From the human T2T-CHM13v2.0 reference genome, Homo sapiens, in the NCBI RefSeq assembly GCF_009914755.1, contig NC_060930.1: a stretch of DNA of 64,000 bases. The stretch is one strand, 5' to 3'. The position numbers were made by a program, and so were the translations under genes. Shown here piece by piece: positions 15,547-34,332 of the stretch (positions are counted from its first letter, which is position 1; each line of letters opens with the position of its first letter). The notes under the pieces were generated by a model. That model was not told where the DNA came from. It was given only the letters and a program-made list of their open reading frames with translations, and did no database searches.

Positions 15547-15651
15547 ATCTTGCATTTAATCACAGGACTTTTATCTCCCAATGCAATGATGCCTAGTGAT
15601 GGCTAAAGCTCAGTCTCTCGCAGGTCACAGTCACATACCAACTCTAGACTC

Positions 15652-16860
15652 TGTATTAGTTTTTCGGGGCTGCCATAACAAATTACCACAAACTGCATGG
15701 CTTAGAACAACAGAAATTTATTGTCTCATCGTTTTGGAGGTCAGGAGTCAGAAATCAAGGTGTTAGCAGGGCCTGCATGCTCTAGGGAAGGATCTGTTAC
15801 AGGCCTGGTAGCTCCCTGGCTTATGACTGCATAATTACAGTATTCACATGGCAGTCTTCCTGTGTGCATATCTCATTCCGCATTTCTCTTTTTATAAGAA
15901 TACCAGTCAGATTGGGTTAGAGGTCCCCGCTACTCCAGTATGACTTCAACTAATGACATCTGCAACTGCTCTATTCTAAATAAGGTCACATTCTGTGGTA
16001 CTGCGGTTAGGATTTAAACATGTGAATTCTGGGGAAGGGTGCTATGGTTTAAATATGTGCCCCAAAGTTTATGTGTTGGTAGCTTAATTTTCATTATGAC
16101 AGTATTAAGACATGGGACCTTTAAGAAGTGATTAGGTTATGAGGGCCCTGTTCTCATGATATGGTGAGGCTTCGTGTCACCACCCAAATCTCATCTTGAA
16201 TTATAATCCCCATAATCCCCACATGTCAAGGGAGAGACCAGGTAGAGGTAATTGAATCATAGGGGTGGTTTCCCCCATGCTGTTCTCGTGATAGTGAGTT
16301 CGTTCTCCCCAGATCTGATGGTTTTATCAGGGGCTCTTCCCCACTCACTCAGCACTTCTCCTTCCTGCCACCTCATGAAAAGGTGCCTTACTTCCCCTTC
16401 ACTTCCTGCCATGACTGTAAGTTTCCTGAGGCCTCCCCAAACCATGCTGAACTGTAAGTCAATTAACCCTCTTTCCTTTATAAATTACCCAGTCTGGGGC
16501 AGTTCCTTATAGCAGCGTGAGAACGGACTAATATACCTCATGATGCAGTAATGCTGCTATCACAGGAGTGAGTTAGTTAATTGCTGCAGTTAGATGTTTG
16601 GGCTGTTTTGATGGGCAGGAGGGAGCTCCTGATAAAATGATTTCTGCTCAGTTTCCCCTCTGTCTCTCCTGTGCTCGCTTCTGCCTTCCACCCCTCCACC
16701 ATGGGGTGACCCTTGCCAAATGCCAGTGCCATGCTGTGGACTTCCCAGCTTCCAGGACTGTGAGCTGAATAAACTTTCTTTACAATTTGCTCAGTCTGTG
16801 GTATTCTGTTCCAGCAGCAGAAAACAGACTAAGACAAAGGGACACAATTCAACCCATTAC
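15652..16860. mobile_element. Three nested MaLR LTRs: MLT1 (-) containing MSTC/D-like (16040-16835, +) containing MSTA-like (16157-16535, +)
   Basis: TG...CA-type ends; TSDs AAGGG (middle LTR) and TCTCA/CCTCA (inner LTR). Confidence 0.85.
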
Positions 16861-17379
16861 AGGCTCCAACATAAAACCCCCAGCTCAGCCACTGTCCCTC
16901 AACGTATCCTGAAGTCCAGAGGGGCTGCCAATGCTTAACCACAAATCTCCAGGTCCTACATGTGAGCCAGGTCATAATTTCCCCTCAAGATTTCTTCCCA
17001 TGTGGGGGCCATGTGTACAAAGGCCTTGTGTCCACCCTGAGAGATAACTTAAAGTCTCAAATAGAAAAAGCTGCAGAATTTTTCCCCTCTTTTCAGAAAG
17101 CCCCTGGTTTTCTTTGGCACATTTCTCCCCTTTAAAACATGCTCCAAAACAAGAAGAGAGGCATAGAGAAGTGCCAGAATCCACCTATCAAAACAGCCCA
17201 AACATCTAACTGCAGCAATTTGCTCACTGTTAGGCAAGTGATTCAGACCAATCAAAACCAGACTTTTGTTTCAATTTTGGAGAAGAGAAGTTATCTCCTT
17301 TCTCTGGACCTACAGCCAAGAACATCTGAGCCTGAATCTCATCACACATGGAGATACTTTGCTTAAGAGTGAAGCCCAA

Positions 17380-17669
17380 GCTGGGCACAGTGGCTCACGC
17401 CTGTAATCCCAGCACTTTGGGAGGCCGAGGCAGGTGGATCACCTGAGGTCAGGAGTTCGAGACCAGCCTGGCCAAAATGTTGAAACCCCGTCTCTACTAA
17501 AAATACAAAAATTAGCCTGGCGTGGTGGTGTACGCCTGTAATCCCAGCTATTCGGGAGGCTGAGGCACGAGAATTGCTTGAACCTGGGAGGAGGAGGCTT
17601 CAGTGAACCAAGATTGCACCACTGCACTGCACTGCACTCCAGCCGGAGTGACAGAGCAAGACTCTGTCT

Positions 17670-17710
<41 letters not shown>
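17380..17710 (+). mobile_element. AluS
   Basis: Long A-tail; TSD AAGARTGAAGCCCA. Confidence 0.95.
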
Positions 17711-17876
17711 ATGAAGCCCACACTGCCAGAAGCAGAGCTGAGTGTTAGAGAGAGACTGACTTTAGAACATTCTTTAAGCCTCTGATGCAAAGCCATCTGA
17801 TGGCTTATTACATGAGCAAAAATTCTCTTTTTATTTTCTTTTTTGTCCCATTCAGGCCAGTTTGAATTAGATTTCT

Positions 17877-19572
17877 TTTTCTTTCTTTTTTTTTTTTTAG
17901 AACAGGATTTTCTTTTTTAACTTAAGTAACTGCAAGTAGGAAGCTAGAGGCAGAGCCCCAAGCTGAGACAAATAATAACTACCCATTCCCCAACCAAACA
18001 GGGGGAGAAGGTGGCCCCTCCACCCTTTAGGGTCAATTTGAGTGCCCCTCCTCACTCTGCTGCAGCATCCTAGAGACAGGGCCCTATCTTCCCTGGGACT
18101 GGGATAGTCAGTAACCCAGCCAGCCTGCCAAGCTGCAGACCCCCTGTCTCATGGAGGCTATCTTGAGGGAGGGGAATGTGTGCAGAGCAGGAGGCAGAGG
18201 GTGAACATTTGGTGCTGGGAGCAGCAGCAATGATAGATGTTGAAGAATGGAACATTGTACAAGAGACAACACAACTGTCCAGTGATAGTTTGTGAACAGA
18301 GGAAATGATGGAACCAGAACCCTGTGGGGTAGGGAAGAGCGGGAGGGTTGGGAGCCTGCAGGGCAAGCTCCTTGTTATTAGTGTCCTGTCTGAGGAGGGG
18401 GAAATAGACCGAGTGGTGGGAACAGGTAGGGTTGGGTGAGCAACCCCAGGCGGCCTCAGGTGGCTGCCCAGGGAACCTGGGCCTCACCTGAACAACCCGT
18501 GACTCTACATCTCCATCACTGCAATGTGTACTCAGAGCCCAGGCTGAGGGCAAGGGAGCTGGGGCCCCTGTGAAAATGGGGTAGGGGTCTCAAACCCTGC
18601 CTGCCTTCCTGTACTACAAAGGGAGCTGTCCAACCTGGTGCAGGAACTAGGAAAGGTGGGGGAAGATGAAAGATGGATGTGTGAGCCCCACGTGGTGACA
18701 AAGACACAGGTTGGCTGGGGGCATTCTGGGAGCACCCCCCTCCAATGGCCACAGGTGCTGCCTCCAGGACAATAGAGTGGGACATGCCAGAATGAGATGG
18801 GGCTTGGGCCTCTTTTATGGCCGGGGAGCCCTCTGGGAAGTCAGAGGAAACAGTGGAGGAGCCGAGAAGGAGCCCCCAAAGCAGAAACCCAGAAAGCAAA
18901 GTCCCCACCAACAAGGGAGTGGGGCCGCAGCAGGTGCAGCAGCGTGAAGTGGGCTGTTACCCTCGTCCAGGAGGGCAAGTGTGTGCGTGGCTGGGAACTG
19001 AAGCCAGAGGAACACTGCTGTCACTGGGCCAACAGGGGCCCTGCCGCGGTGGTGAGGACGCAGGTGGGCGGTGCAGGTGACGGTGGCCTGGGGGAAGGAC
19101 AGGGGCAATGGGGGTGAGCAAAACTGTCCGGTCCCAGAAGGAAGTGGCTCCTCCCGGGAGGACTCCCGAGAGATGCTCCCTCTTCCTCCTTCCCAGTGTT
19201 TTGGGCCGGCCCTTTGCTTTCCCTCCTGGAGCTGTGGTGGTTTTCCGGGTCGTGGCAGCATCCTGGGGTTTGCTTCCTTTCGGTTGCCCAGGGTCTTAGG
19301 TGTTAGCACGTGCTGGGCTCCTTCGGACGTGGAGCTGCCCCCACCTCGCTTCTCAGCGCCGTCCTTTTCCTGCTTGGAGGCCAAGGGCTGGCTGGACCTC
19401 CAGCTCGACTGGCTCTTCTTCCCTTCTGCACGGAGCAGGTGGGAGAGAAGAGCGGTGGCTGCGCTGCGCGCTGTGGGATGCCGAGGGCGACGGTGCCGGC
19501 GCTAAGGACCCGCCTGGCCGCGCCGCGCAGCAAATGCAGTCGCCTGCGAGGAGCCCCAAAGAGAGGAGCGCC
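17877..19572 (-). pseudogene. HMGA1P7: Processed HMGA1 (HMGA1b isoform) pseudogene, probably HMGA1P7
   Basis: Intronless 5'UTR-CDS-3'UTR with poly(A) (T-tract ~17875-17898); peptide remnants SSQPLASKQEKDG.EKRG, TPK, ISRESS; start context GAAGGGAAG-AAG (ATG lost); lacks the 33 nt HMGA1a-specific segment; frameshifts; degraded TSD TGA.T..GATTTCT. The P7 identity rests on my recollection that P7 lacks the start codon. Confidence 0.85.
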
Positions 19573-20134
19573 TGAGTCCGATTTCTAGAGATTCAGAAGA
19601 ATGACCACGGATACCTGTAACCGGGAGCGCGCCTCTCACCTTAAACCTTCGCTATTTTGACTCCTATGTTAGCATCTCCCCAAGGGGTGATAAAATTCAG
19701 TGTTGGGATGACCTTTCTGTGGTCACACAAAAAACCGGCTTTGTGCCTCCGAGCCAGGCCTGGCCGTGTAGCCATCACAGCTGCAATGAAGAGGACTTGG
19801 ACAATATCCAGCAGTTGAGACTCTGTGGCCCTGTGGACAGTAGAGTACTAGGAAAGGCGCAAGCGCCTTCAGATCTGGAAATGCTTATGGGCATGCCACC
19901 AGCGGAATTTAAGCAGAATTTTCCCTGGAAGTATTCACCAAGCTGTCCCTATAGGGTAAAGAGGAAATAAGCTAAAGGTTGTGGTACAGGAGGAGATAAA
20001 ATAGATAATTAATTTATATTTTTGCACTAAAATTGTAATTGAGAAATAAAAGTGAAATGCCAAAATCACATAGATTAACTATCACAGTATTAAACTGAGA
20101 CAAGATCTCAGGTTATTTTGCTGTTGTTGTTATT

Positions 20135-20243
20135 TATATGCTATGTTGTCCAGGCTGGTCTCAAACTTGAGGCCTCAAGTGATCCTCCGGCCCCAGCCTC
20201 TCAAAGTACTGAGATTACAGGCATGAGCCACATGTGCCCGACC
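20135..20243 (-). mobile_element. FLAM/Alu left monomer
   Basis: Antisense left-arm sequence. Confidence 0.8.
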
Positions 20244-20366
20244 TCAGAAACTTTTTGTATAGAATTACAGCACTGCATATATTCTGACATCATAATACAA
20301 AACAAAACAAAACACAGATCTCAGGAGACATGAGAGAAAAATAAAGATAAATAAAAGAGACTGGAA

Positions 20367-20712
20367 GCCGGGCACAGCGGATCGGATCATACTTGTAATC
20401 CCAGCACTTTGGGGGGCTGAGGCAGGCGGATCACCTGAGGTCAGGAGTTCGAGACCAGCCTGACCAGCATGGAGAAACCCTGTCTCTACTAAAAATACAA
20501 AAAATTAGCCGGGCATGGCAGCCCATGCCTGTAATCCCAGCTACTTGGGAGGCTGAGACAGGAGAATCGCTTGAACCCAGAAGGCAGAGGTTGCGGTGAG
20601 CCTAGATTGCACCACTGCCCTTCAGCCTGGGCAACAAGAAGGAAATTCCATCTCAAAAAATAAAATAAAATAAAATAAAAAATAAAACAAAAACAGAAAC
20701 AAAAACAAAAAA
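20367..20712 (+). mobile_element. AluS
   Basis: TSD AAAAGAGACTGG. Confidence 0.95.
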
Positions 20713-20759
20713 GAGACTGGGGTATAAAACCTGAAAGTTACCATGATAAAAAAGGAAAT

Positions 20760-20935
20760 GTCATGAGCTGTGGAATCAGAATTGAGTTGAAATCCTAACT
20801 CTATAATCTTAAGTTATTTAATTTTTGTAAGACTCACTTTCTTCATCTGCAATATGAGGTTAATGATACCTACCTTCTACTTAGGTTGTGAAAATTAAAT
20901 GAGAGATGAATATAAATAAAATGTTTAGTATAGTA
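20760..20935 (+). mobile_element. MIR
   Basis: TTTCTTCATCTGCAATATG...GTTGTGAAAATTAAATGAG. Confidence 0.65.
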
Positions 20936-22374
20936 GAAGATCAATTATAATTAGATTTTTTTATAAAGAAACGATGGTCATATTCAAAGATGATACACTG
21001 ATCATTTTAGGTGCACGTTGAGAGTATGAAATTGCTAAGACCTAAAAATATGAAAGGCTTACAAGTTTAAAATAAATGAGATAAAGTAATATAACTACAG
21101 TCTTAAAGGAAAATGAATTAATGTAACATGAAATAGTACTGCTTAGAGTTCCATTGTACAAGACCACCCTTAAAGCAAATAGCTGAAGATTTTTAACACA
21201 TAAGTAACCCTTTTTTTTTGTATGACTGACATACCAGGAGTCAGCTATCTATTATCTAGCCAATAATCTCCAAAAGTACTTGGTACCAGAGCTCTAGCCA
21301 AGGAGTATTCTGTAATAGATGGCGACATAACCCACCAGAGCCCTTCCTTTGAGGCGCCTGAATGAGAGACATTTAGAAATGTCACAGTGACACAGAAGTT
21401 AAGCACACAAAGAATTGCTGTAAGCAGAGACCAAGAGGCACAGAATCTGTGAATAAACAAGACTCACGGGTAGTGGAGGAGGCAGAGGCGGTCACTAACC
21501 ACAGGAGCAGTGGAAGTGGCTGAGGAGTGAGGGCTGAAGCAAAACGCTGGGGAAGGAAGCAGCTGACACTGGCTGCCACAGGGACGTCTCCTGGGGTTGC
21601 ATCTGGCTCCAGAGAGGCTGGCAGACCTCTAGAGCTCTGTTGTGTGCTCCATGATGACTTCTTTCTCTGGGAAACCTGGCTGTGCAGCTGCTCATAGGCC
21701 TCCCATCTCCCTCGCTTCTCAATGCATCCTTACAGCAGACTCTGTGAACTGAGCCTGAATATGCCTCTGCCTCTGGCAAATTGGAAGTGTATAATTAACG
21801 CACTATCCTAAGAGCACCACTGGCTTGAATAATGCAGAGAAGCTCCCTCCTATCACCCTACAAACAGGCTGAACTGCCTCACCTAAACAGCAACTCAAGA
21901 AAACCATACCTACCCTCACATTTTCTCTACTGCCCTTACCAGCATCTCTTTATTTGTATAACACTTTATGGTTTCAAACACTTTCATGCTATTGTTATCT
22001 CATTTGATTCCCATGATGATTTTTTTTTTTGAGGCAGCTGAGTAAGGAACAGATTCCTCTTCTATGGTTGACATAGATTTGATGATGTATACAAAGTCAA
22101 GGGGCCAGTTTGAGATTTCTAAGCTCAGGAAGTTGTGTATTACAGCAAATCCTCAAAGCCAGAGGAAAGCAGTTAGAAGAACAGTGGGCCAAATTGAACG
22201 GAAGGAGAAACCAAACCAATGGAGGATGTGATGCCCATATGGCACTTTATAGTGGATGTAATCAGAGGAGCCCCAAGGGAATCCTATCATGCCCACTGAT
22301 CTGAGGACTCTTGCAGTTCATCCATTTGTCCCACCTCCTTTCACTCTCAAAATTGTCCCAATTTGAACAATAGG

Positions 22375-23278
<904 letters not shown>

Positions 23279-23597
23279 CTTAATCCAGTCAAGTTAACAC
23301 CTAAAATTAACCATCACAATAGGTTATATGGTCAACTCTATTATAACCTGAGGTATTGCTAGTTAACAAATTGAGGGAAGAGAAAAGTATACTTTTCTTT
23401 ATAACAAGGACATAAAACTATATTTAGGAAAAGTATCTTTTGGAAAATTATTAATGATATAAGTTTAAAAAGTGAAAGGTTTGGCTCACATTTAAGCAGA
23501 CTGTTGAACCAATTAGAACAACTACATTCCTTGAGCATTTCAGTTCATGTTTCTGCAGACTGAGTAAATGAGTCCATTGCATTTGTGGCATGGGTGT

Positions 23598-23952
23598 TGT
23601 CTTAGCCACTCAAGCTACTATAACAAAATGCCATCAGCTGAATGACTTATAAACAACAGATGTTTCTTTCTCAGTTCTGGTGACTGGAAGTTCAAGATCA
23701 GAGTGCCAGCAGATGCAGGTTCTAGTGAGGATCTTCTTCCTGGTTGCAGACACTGACTTCCTGTATCATCAAATTATGGAAAGAAAAAAGGTAGGTCATT
23801 GGCCTTTCCTTATAAGGTCACTAATCCCCTTCATGAGGGCTCCACCCTTGTGACCTAATTACCTCCCAAAGTCCCACCTCCAAGTACCATCACACTGGAG
23901 ATTAGATTTCAACATGTGAATTTTGAGGGGAAAAAATATTCAATCTATAACA
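23598..23952 (-). mobile_element. MLT1A-like LTR
   Basis: TGTCTTAG...CTATAACA; typical MLT1A body. Confidence 0.75.
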
Positions 23953-24432
23953 GGGATCAAAATTCTGTTCTGAACCTCTCTTCCATGTGAGATTGGAACT
24001 AGATACAAGTGCTTGTTATTTGTCAAATATTTGTGATATCTTCAACTCATTTCATATTTAGAAGGACAATTTTTCAACAGGTGGAAATGAAATATTTAAA
24101 AGTGTGATTTCATAACATCCTAAGTTAAACACAAAGAAATGACTGAGATTGCCAGAGAGCAGGAGCAAATGTTGGTTGTGGGCACACATACTCATTTGTC
24201 CATTTTACAGAAACATGTATTGTTATCTTCGTGTGGATGTCACAAAGTAGAAGTCTGATAGAATATCTTTTGCCAAGTTGACTTTTGATCCTGACTACTT
24301 TGGAGTCAGTTATGTCCAGGTCCTTATCATCACAGCTGTTCATAATTACAGCATCCCAATTAGTCTCTCTTCTCCAGTCTATCCCCAAACTAATCCATCC
24401 TATAGATTGCCAGAAGGCTAATTGTCCTAGAA

Positions 24433-26936
<2,504 letters not shown>

Positions 26937-27140
26937 CTAGTTCTATCATCAGTTCCCTGCTCAAAAACATTCAGAGCTCCCCCTGGTCATTAAAAGAAAT
27001 TCTGGAATCACACCTTTGAATGACTTTCCAGGTGTTACCTTAGTTGCTATATCCTGTCTCTCCCTAAACTCTTATGGCTCTACTATTGATAGTTTTTATT
27101 TTAACATTTGGTCATATACCAGCTTTGTATTGCTACTTAA

Positions 27141-27453
<313 letters not shown>

Positions 27454-27984
27454 ACAGATCTAATTTTTTTAACAGAATTGAAAGATCCATGGTGATAATG
27501 TCCACTTTTTTTCTTCTTAAGCACAGGTGGCTTATACCTGAGCTGAAAGACTAAATTCCTTGAGCATGGGAATTAATCACTTTGTCCACAGAATCTAGGA
27601 AAGCATTTGATACCAAATTCCTGCTCAATAAAGTATTGAATTGAATGAATTAGGACAGGTGCTTGGTACGTGAGTTGAATAATTCACCTTTCTTCCAGCA
27701 GATGTCGCTAACTTTCAGGCTTAAATTTAAGGCTTTAATAAATAAGGCATTACATTTAAAACTTAGCTTAACTATTAAACTGATATTTATATTTTCAAAC
27801 TGTAAATTTCTTCCTTGTGTTATTGTAAACTTCTGGAATTCCTTTTGCTATGCTTTTAGGAGTACTTCTTTGGCCAGTCTCCAATGGGTTCATTTCCTTC
27901 TGATTTTTTTTCCAAGCAGTGTTTTGCTTGCTGTACTCACAGATGATGAAGGTGGTTGTAATAGCAATGGCTGACAACGTGCTG

Positions 27985-28155
27985 GATGCAGGGCTAAGCG
28001 CTTCATGTGCATTATCTCACTTGAGATTCCTATAGCACCCCTGTGAGGTAGGAACTGTTATCACCCCTATTTTACTGTTGAGCAAACCGGGGAACATGAA
28101 GTAACTTAGTCAAAAGTCTCACAGCTTCAAGGTGACAGAATCAGAATTCAAACTT
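27985..28155 (-). mobile_element. MIR
   Basis: CCTGTGAGGTAGG...CCCTATTTTAC...AAGTAACTT. Confidence 0.6.
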
Positions 28156-28717
28156 CAGAATTTTAACAATTTCAGCATGTTGTCATTAAGCTTTTTTCTG
28201 TTTCATTACACAGTTTTTGTAAACATCATTTTGCTAAACTTTTAACCTGGGTGCCAACGTTTGCTTATCACTAATAATATGTTTTGCAAATTAATAATAA
28301 AGTGAATTTTTTTAACATGTTCACTTTCTTCAGTGAAAATCTCAAAGAGTGGGCTTGTGCCCTTCACGTTTTCTGATTAGCATCTCTCATGCGTATTAGA
28401 TTGGTACATTCTTTTTAACTAGAAAAATGGATGTTTGAACTTAAAAAATTTAAAACCCAAGCTTCTCTCTCACATCTAAACTGTATTCAAAATGCTTGAT
28501 GAAGTTTTTTTCATCAAAGGCATATCTTTAAAAAGAACTCCTGCAAAACAGCGAGCACAACCCAGCACAGAGAAGTGCTCTGTAAGTGCTACCTATTAAA
28601 ATTATTACTATCTTCATCTATATGGAAGCAAACAAAAAGATCAGAAAGAAAGCTATCAAGAAGATAAAAGAGATTGTTTAGGGCTATGGTGAACATTTAT
28701 TATTTTTATCTGACCGA

Positions 28718-28852
28718 CTTTTTTTTTTTTCTTGTACAGATGGGGTCTTGGTATGTTTGCCAAGGCTGGTCTTGAACTCCTGGCCTCAACTGAGCCTCCT
28801 GTCTTGGCCTCCTAAAGTTCTGAGATTACAGGCATGTTCCATTGTGCCCAGC
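28718..28852 (-). mobile_element. FLAM/Alu monomer
   Basis: T-tract followed by left-arm sequence. Confidence 0.8.
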
Positions 28853-29099
28853 CCCACTCAGTGTTTTTTCCTATCTGACTTTGGGAACAGTATTGTTCCT
28901 TATTTTGAGGACTTCTCCCATACACTGATTCTATGAGCTTTGGGGCAGCTGCCAATCATGGAATTGTGCTGTCCTGGCCACCCAGGTGGACATGTGATCC
29001 AGCCAGGCCAGGCTCAGCACTTCCTCAAGATTAATTGATCTGATATTCGGAGGAAAAAGTCCTTCCTCTCCTTTAAGGAAAATTAAGCAAAAGGAAACT

Positions 29100-30030
29100 A
29101 AATAAATTTTCTAAAAGCAGATATTTGCCAATCCGTGTTGAAAAAAATAGATCTATATTTCACAGCATTTACAAAAATTCCAAACGAATCAAAAGACTTA
29201 ACAAACCTATTAAAAGAAAACAAAAAGGAGAATATACTTAAGAGTAGACCTTCTAAAACATTATAAAAATGCTAACGCCTTAAAAAATGGTGAATAAATG
29301 CCATTTTATCAAATTTCTGAACTTTTACATAACATCATTGCAAATAAGTTTAAAAGACAACTAGAAGACTGGGAGGAAATATTTGTAACATATATAACAA
29401 TCAATGTTATTTATTTATTTATTTAGAGACAGGGTCTCCCTCTGTCACCCAGGCTGCAGTGCAGCGGTGCAATTATGATTTACTGCAGCCTTGAACTCCA
29501 AGGCTCAAGTGATCCTCCTAACCTCAGCCTCTGGAGTAGCTGGGACAACAGGTGTGTGCCACCATATCTGGCTAATTTTTGTAGACATAGGGTCTTGTTA
29601 TGTTGCTTAGGCTTGTCTCGAACTCCTGGACTCCCACCTTGGCCTCCCAAAGTGCTGAGATTACAGGTGTGAACGACCATGCATGGCAATGGATTAATAT
29701 CAAAATCAGCAAAGAACTCATAATCCATAAATAAGAGAAAAACGAGAATAAGAATAGACAATTCACAGAAGAGGTGGTATAAATGCTGAACAAACATATA
29801 AAAGATGCTCAACCTTGCCGCTTATCAGAGTGATACCAAACATAAATTTTTATGAAAAGTTCTATGAAATGAAATAAAATACCATGCCTGTGTCACCCAT
29901 AATATTAAAAAAAATTCAAAATTTGATAATATTAATTGTTAGAAAGTATACTTGTAAAGGGACTTTCTCATACACTATTGGTGGTAGTAAAAATTTCATA
30001 ACATTATAGAGTGCAATTTTAAAATGTAGT
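29100..30030 (+). mobile_element. Ancient L1M ORF2 remnant with AluJ (-) at 29407-29687
   Basis: A-rich; GACTGGGAGGAAATATTTG, AAAGATGCTCAACCT motifs. Confidence 0.6.
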
Positions 30031-30034
30031 ACTT

Positions 30035-30327
30035 GGCCTGGCACGGTGGCTCATGCCTGTAATTCCAGCACTTTGGAAGGCTAAGGTGATCCACCTGAGG
30101 TCAGGAGTTCGAGACCAGTCTGGCCAACATGGTGAAACCCTGCCTCTACTAAAAATACAAAATAAAAAAAAAAATCAGCTGGGCATGGTGGCAGGTGCCT
30201 GTAATATCAGCTACCAGGGAGACTGAGGCAGGAGAATTGCTTGAACCCGGGAGGAGCCGAGATCCTGCCACTGCACTCCAGCCTGGGTGACAGAGTGCAA
30301 CTGTCTCAAAACAAAACAAACAAAAAC
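30035..30327 (+). mobile_element. AluS with small deletions
   Basis: Alu dimer. Confidence 0.9.
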
Positions 30328-30929
30328 TACATATACATATAACTATAGATAAACATAATATACTACAGATGATAGAAATATAAACATAAATGTGATGCAC
30401 CCTAAATGATAAATGCCAAGCTAGTAGTAACCATCTCTGATGAGAGATTAGGATTAGGGATCATCATTAAGAATAATTTTAAATTCATCTGAACTGCTTG
30501 ACTTTTTATAATGAAAATATATTCATTTAGTGCTTATATACTTAAAAATAAATAATTAAAAAGAAAGTACTGAATGTGGGTTTTCATTTAGTTTCTAAAG
30601 AGACTGACTGCATTCTTGAAACTAGATCGGGTCAAATGTGGGTACAGCACGGCTCCTCCATCTGTCTTCCCTTGCTTCCCCTCTACTCCCTCTGCGTTGC
30701 TAAGGATTCTCTTGTTGACATCTGCTTATCCCAGATTCTTCACTATGACTTTCTAAACTCTCCAATCTTCTAAACCTCATCAAAGTTTACCCATTCTTTG
30801 AGCCAGTTCTTCAGGTGATTACCTAATATGATAAATTAATTCCCTATAAATTATGATAATAGTGTTGCATATTATATCTCACAGATAAATTGTTTACTTT
30901 TACCAGGAATCTTTAATACATTATTTTTT

Positions 30930-31076
30930 TAATTTATGTATTTATTTTGTCGAGACAGGATCTCCCTGTGTTGCCCAGCCTAGTCTTGATTGAATTTCTG
31001 GCTTTAAGTAAAGTGATCTTCCTACCTCGGCCTCCTAAAATACTGGCATTATAGGTGTGAGCCACTGTGCCAGACC
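30930..31076 (-). mobile_element. FLAM/Alu monomer
   Basis: Antisense left arm. Confidence 0.75.
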
Positions 31077-31679
31077 TTGGTACATTGTTTTAAAGAAAAG
31101 ATGAATGGTGACCATTTTAGGAAAGTCAATGTGAAATATACGTAAGAGAAGAGAGATTTTTAGAACCTCTTCATCAAATTATAGAGGGTCTACCTTCCAT
31201 ATTTATAAATGACCTTCATCTTATTGACTGTCAAGGTTTTTAAAACTCATTTATATGTTGTCATAAAATTTGCTAAGATATTATTATATTATCTGTGATC
31301 ACTATAAATGGAAGACAGTTATTTTGCAAATTCTACATATTTCCTTAGTTTTTCAGTCTTTAAGATAGGGGGAGTTTGAGTAAGCTGTAGAATGTATATT
31401 TATTATTTCAATGTGAATAAGAATCTTCTTGAGATTCCTTCAAGAGACTTAAAGCAGTACTACTTTACAATAAATATAATTGACAGCTTTTTTCAAATGC
31501 TTCGTATGAGCCTTCTTACATTCCAAAACATCTGCATGCCCCAGTAAAAGTGCATTGGAAAGGTTCGAAATAAGCTAATAGTTTAAAGTAATTGCTGGTG
31601 AGATCATTTAATACAATTAAAACTTTAAAATTAATTGATTATTCTTATTTTAATTTAAAGCAGACACATAAATCTATTA

Positions 31680-32400
<721 letters not shown>

Positions 32401-32628
32401 ATGTCCACACATAACACAAAACAACCTAGATATTAAATTTCATTATGTAAATATTTTTGAAACTATGTATTTCAGATGATGGAATCTCCATATACATATG
32501 GGGACAGAAAATTAGGCTTCTGAACTCTGATATGAGAAATGGGCTCTATCTATCATTGCAAATAGTTTCCTCAGAGACCAATTCAAACATATTTTTTGTT
32601 TTTGCTTTTTTTAGCACCTTGGGCTTGA

Positions 32629-33083
<455 letters not shown>

Positions 33084-33585
33084 TTATCTCTTACATTTTT
33101 ATTTCTCTAAGTAGTATTTATATTTTAAAAGAGTTCTCTGGTTAACCTACAGGAACAAAGCAGGAAAGATTTAATTTTAGGCAGCTAGAGGAAAACTATT
33201 AGGGTAGAGATGGCTCATCTGCCAGCTCAAATTATGCAGAGGAGGTAACTTGTCTGTAAAATTGGTTCTTCCTACCATGCAGTGGTCTTGATGCTTCTTT
33301 TACTTGTTCTATGAGGACTCAAAATCCAACAGAAATGTCTAAGTGCTGTATTTTTAGGAGCAGATGAAAACTTACACATAAATTTTAGTTCAGTTTGTTA
33401 CAAAGTTTAAAGTCAAAGTGACCTCAAAAAACAGTATCACTTTGTTGAGTGTTGAAAGTATAAGAAGCTAAACAAGGATTACTGTCACTACTAGTTATAT
33501 TTGTCATTTGGAAATCACTCTCAATTTAAGAAATATTTGGTTGATTTACTTTTTGTCAAAGCAGTGTGTGTGTGTGTGTGTTTAA

Positions 33586-34332
<747 letters not shown>

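Noticed and set aside
21309-21330. Partial CTCF motif TAATAGATGGCGAC
   Set aside because: Lacks the CC of the core; too weak without data.
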